This document shows, one piece after another, positions 63,376 to 64,000 of a stretch of 64,000 nt of DNA. Within the stretch, counting starts at the first letter, position 1, and each line of letters opens with the position of its first letter. The stretch is from Thermodesulfobacteriota bacterium. Lineage in GTDB: Bacteria; Desulfobacterota_D; UBA1144; Nemesobacterales; JAJCZQ01. A program made the translations under genes and the position numbers. The notes below the pieces were generated by a model. That model ran no database searches and was not told the origin of the DNA. It saw only the letters and a program-made list of their open reading frames with translations. Where the stretch lies: the NCBI GenBank assembly GCA_965203965.1, contig CBDBDR010000017.1, positions 704,001 through 768,000 of the forward strand, written 5' to 3'.

Positions 63376-64000
63376 TCATCTGTATTTCAACCCCTTTTTA
63401 TTTTCCTTTGTAATCACATCAACAAATTCATCCAAACCCATTGAGTTCAACTTCCTACCCCCATGCATCCTTGGAGACACAGTCCGGGACTTCATTTCAT
63501 CAGAACCAATGACCAGCAGATAGGAAACTTTCATACGCTGTGCCTCCCTGACCTTGTAGCCGAGTTTCTCATTTCTAAAGTCTTTCTCCACCCTGAAATT
63601 CAAATCCTTTAACCTTTTGTAAATGGATTGAGCATAGTCATTATAATCTTCTGCCACAGTTGCAATCCTAATCTGTTCAGGGTTTAACCAAAATGGAAAT
63701 GCACCGCCATAATGCTCAATAAGTATTCCAAAAAACCTTTCAATTGATCCAAATACTGCCCTATGGATCATTATAGGAGTATGACGAGCGTTATCATCAC
63801 CCGCATAACTCATACCAAACCTCTTTGGAAGGTTGAAATCCACTTGAACAGTTGAACACTGCCAAGACCTTCCGATAACGTCCTTTATCTTGAGGTCTAT
63901 TTTGGGACCGTAAAACGCCCCGCCACCTTCATCAATTTCATAATTCAACTTCAAGGTTTCCAAGGCATTCCTGATTGCATCGGTTGACTTTTCCCAATCT
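63376..64000 (-). CDS. thrS: Threonine--tRNA ligase, C-terminal part (runs off the window)
   Basis: GAFYGPKID, WQCSTVQVDF, IHRAVFGSIERF, anticodon-binding domain. Confidence 0.97.
   Translation of the reverse strand, partial: DWEKSTDAIRNALETLKLNYEIDEGGGAFYGPKIDLKIKDVIGRSWQCSTVQVDFNLPKRFGMSYAGDDNARHTPIMIHRAVFGSIERFFGILIEHYGGAFPFWLNPEQIRIATVAEDYNDYAQSIYKRLKDLNFRVEKDFRNEKLGYKVREAQRMKVSYLLVIGSDEMKSRTVSPRMHGGRKLNSMGLDEFVDVITKENKKGLKYR

Overview
Bacterial chromosomal window, AT-rich by eye, and mostly housekeeping genes: rsmD, coaD, aspartate aminotransferase, hom, rnc, glnB-glnA, nuoJKL, nth, cysS, birA, rnhA, tyrS, gltBD, nadE, truA, leuB, mfd, surA-like, gcvTHP and thrS-infC-rpmI-rplT. It also has two tRNAs (Ala-GGC and Ile2/Met-CAT) and the RNase P RNA. 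The pilH/pilI/pilG-like cassette and the long S41 protease suggest a deltaproteobacteria-like lineage (possibly Dadabacteria; inference only). Accessory insertions: (1) a Type III R-M operon with an ApeA-like HEPN nuclease gene between mod and res, split at a U-UUU-UUA -1 slippery site; (2) an orphan N4-cytosine-type methyltransferase with a decayed partner, inserted between rsmD and coaD; (3) hicAB beside tRNA-Ala; (4) a low-GC ABC-ATPase + TOPRIM + membrane protein islet between rnpB and tyrS; (5) a lipoprotein with apparently circularly permuted tandem Cache domains between thrS and infC. Other oddities are a LivK-fold protein with no signal peptide, fragmented nuo and opp operons, a degenerate intergenic REP-like motif and an AUA start for infC. 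All family assignments come from reading motifs; no database search was run.
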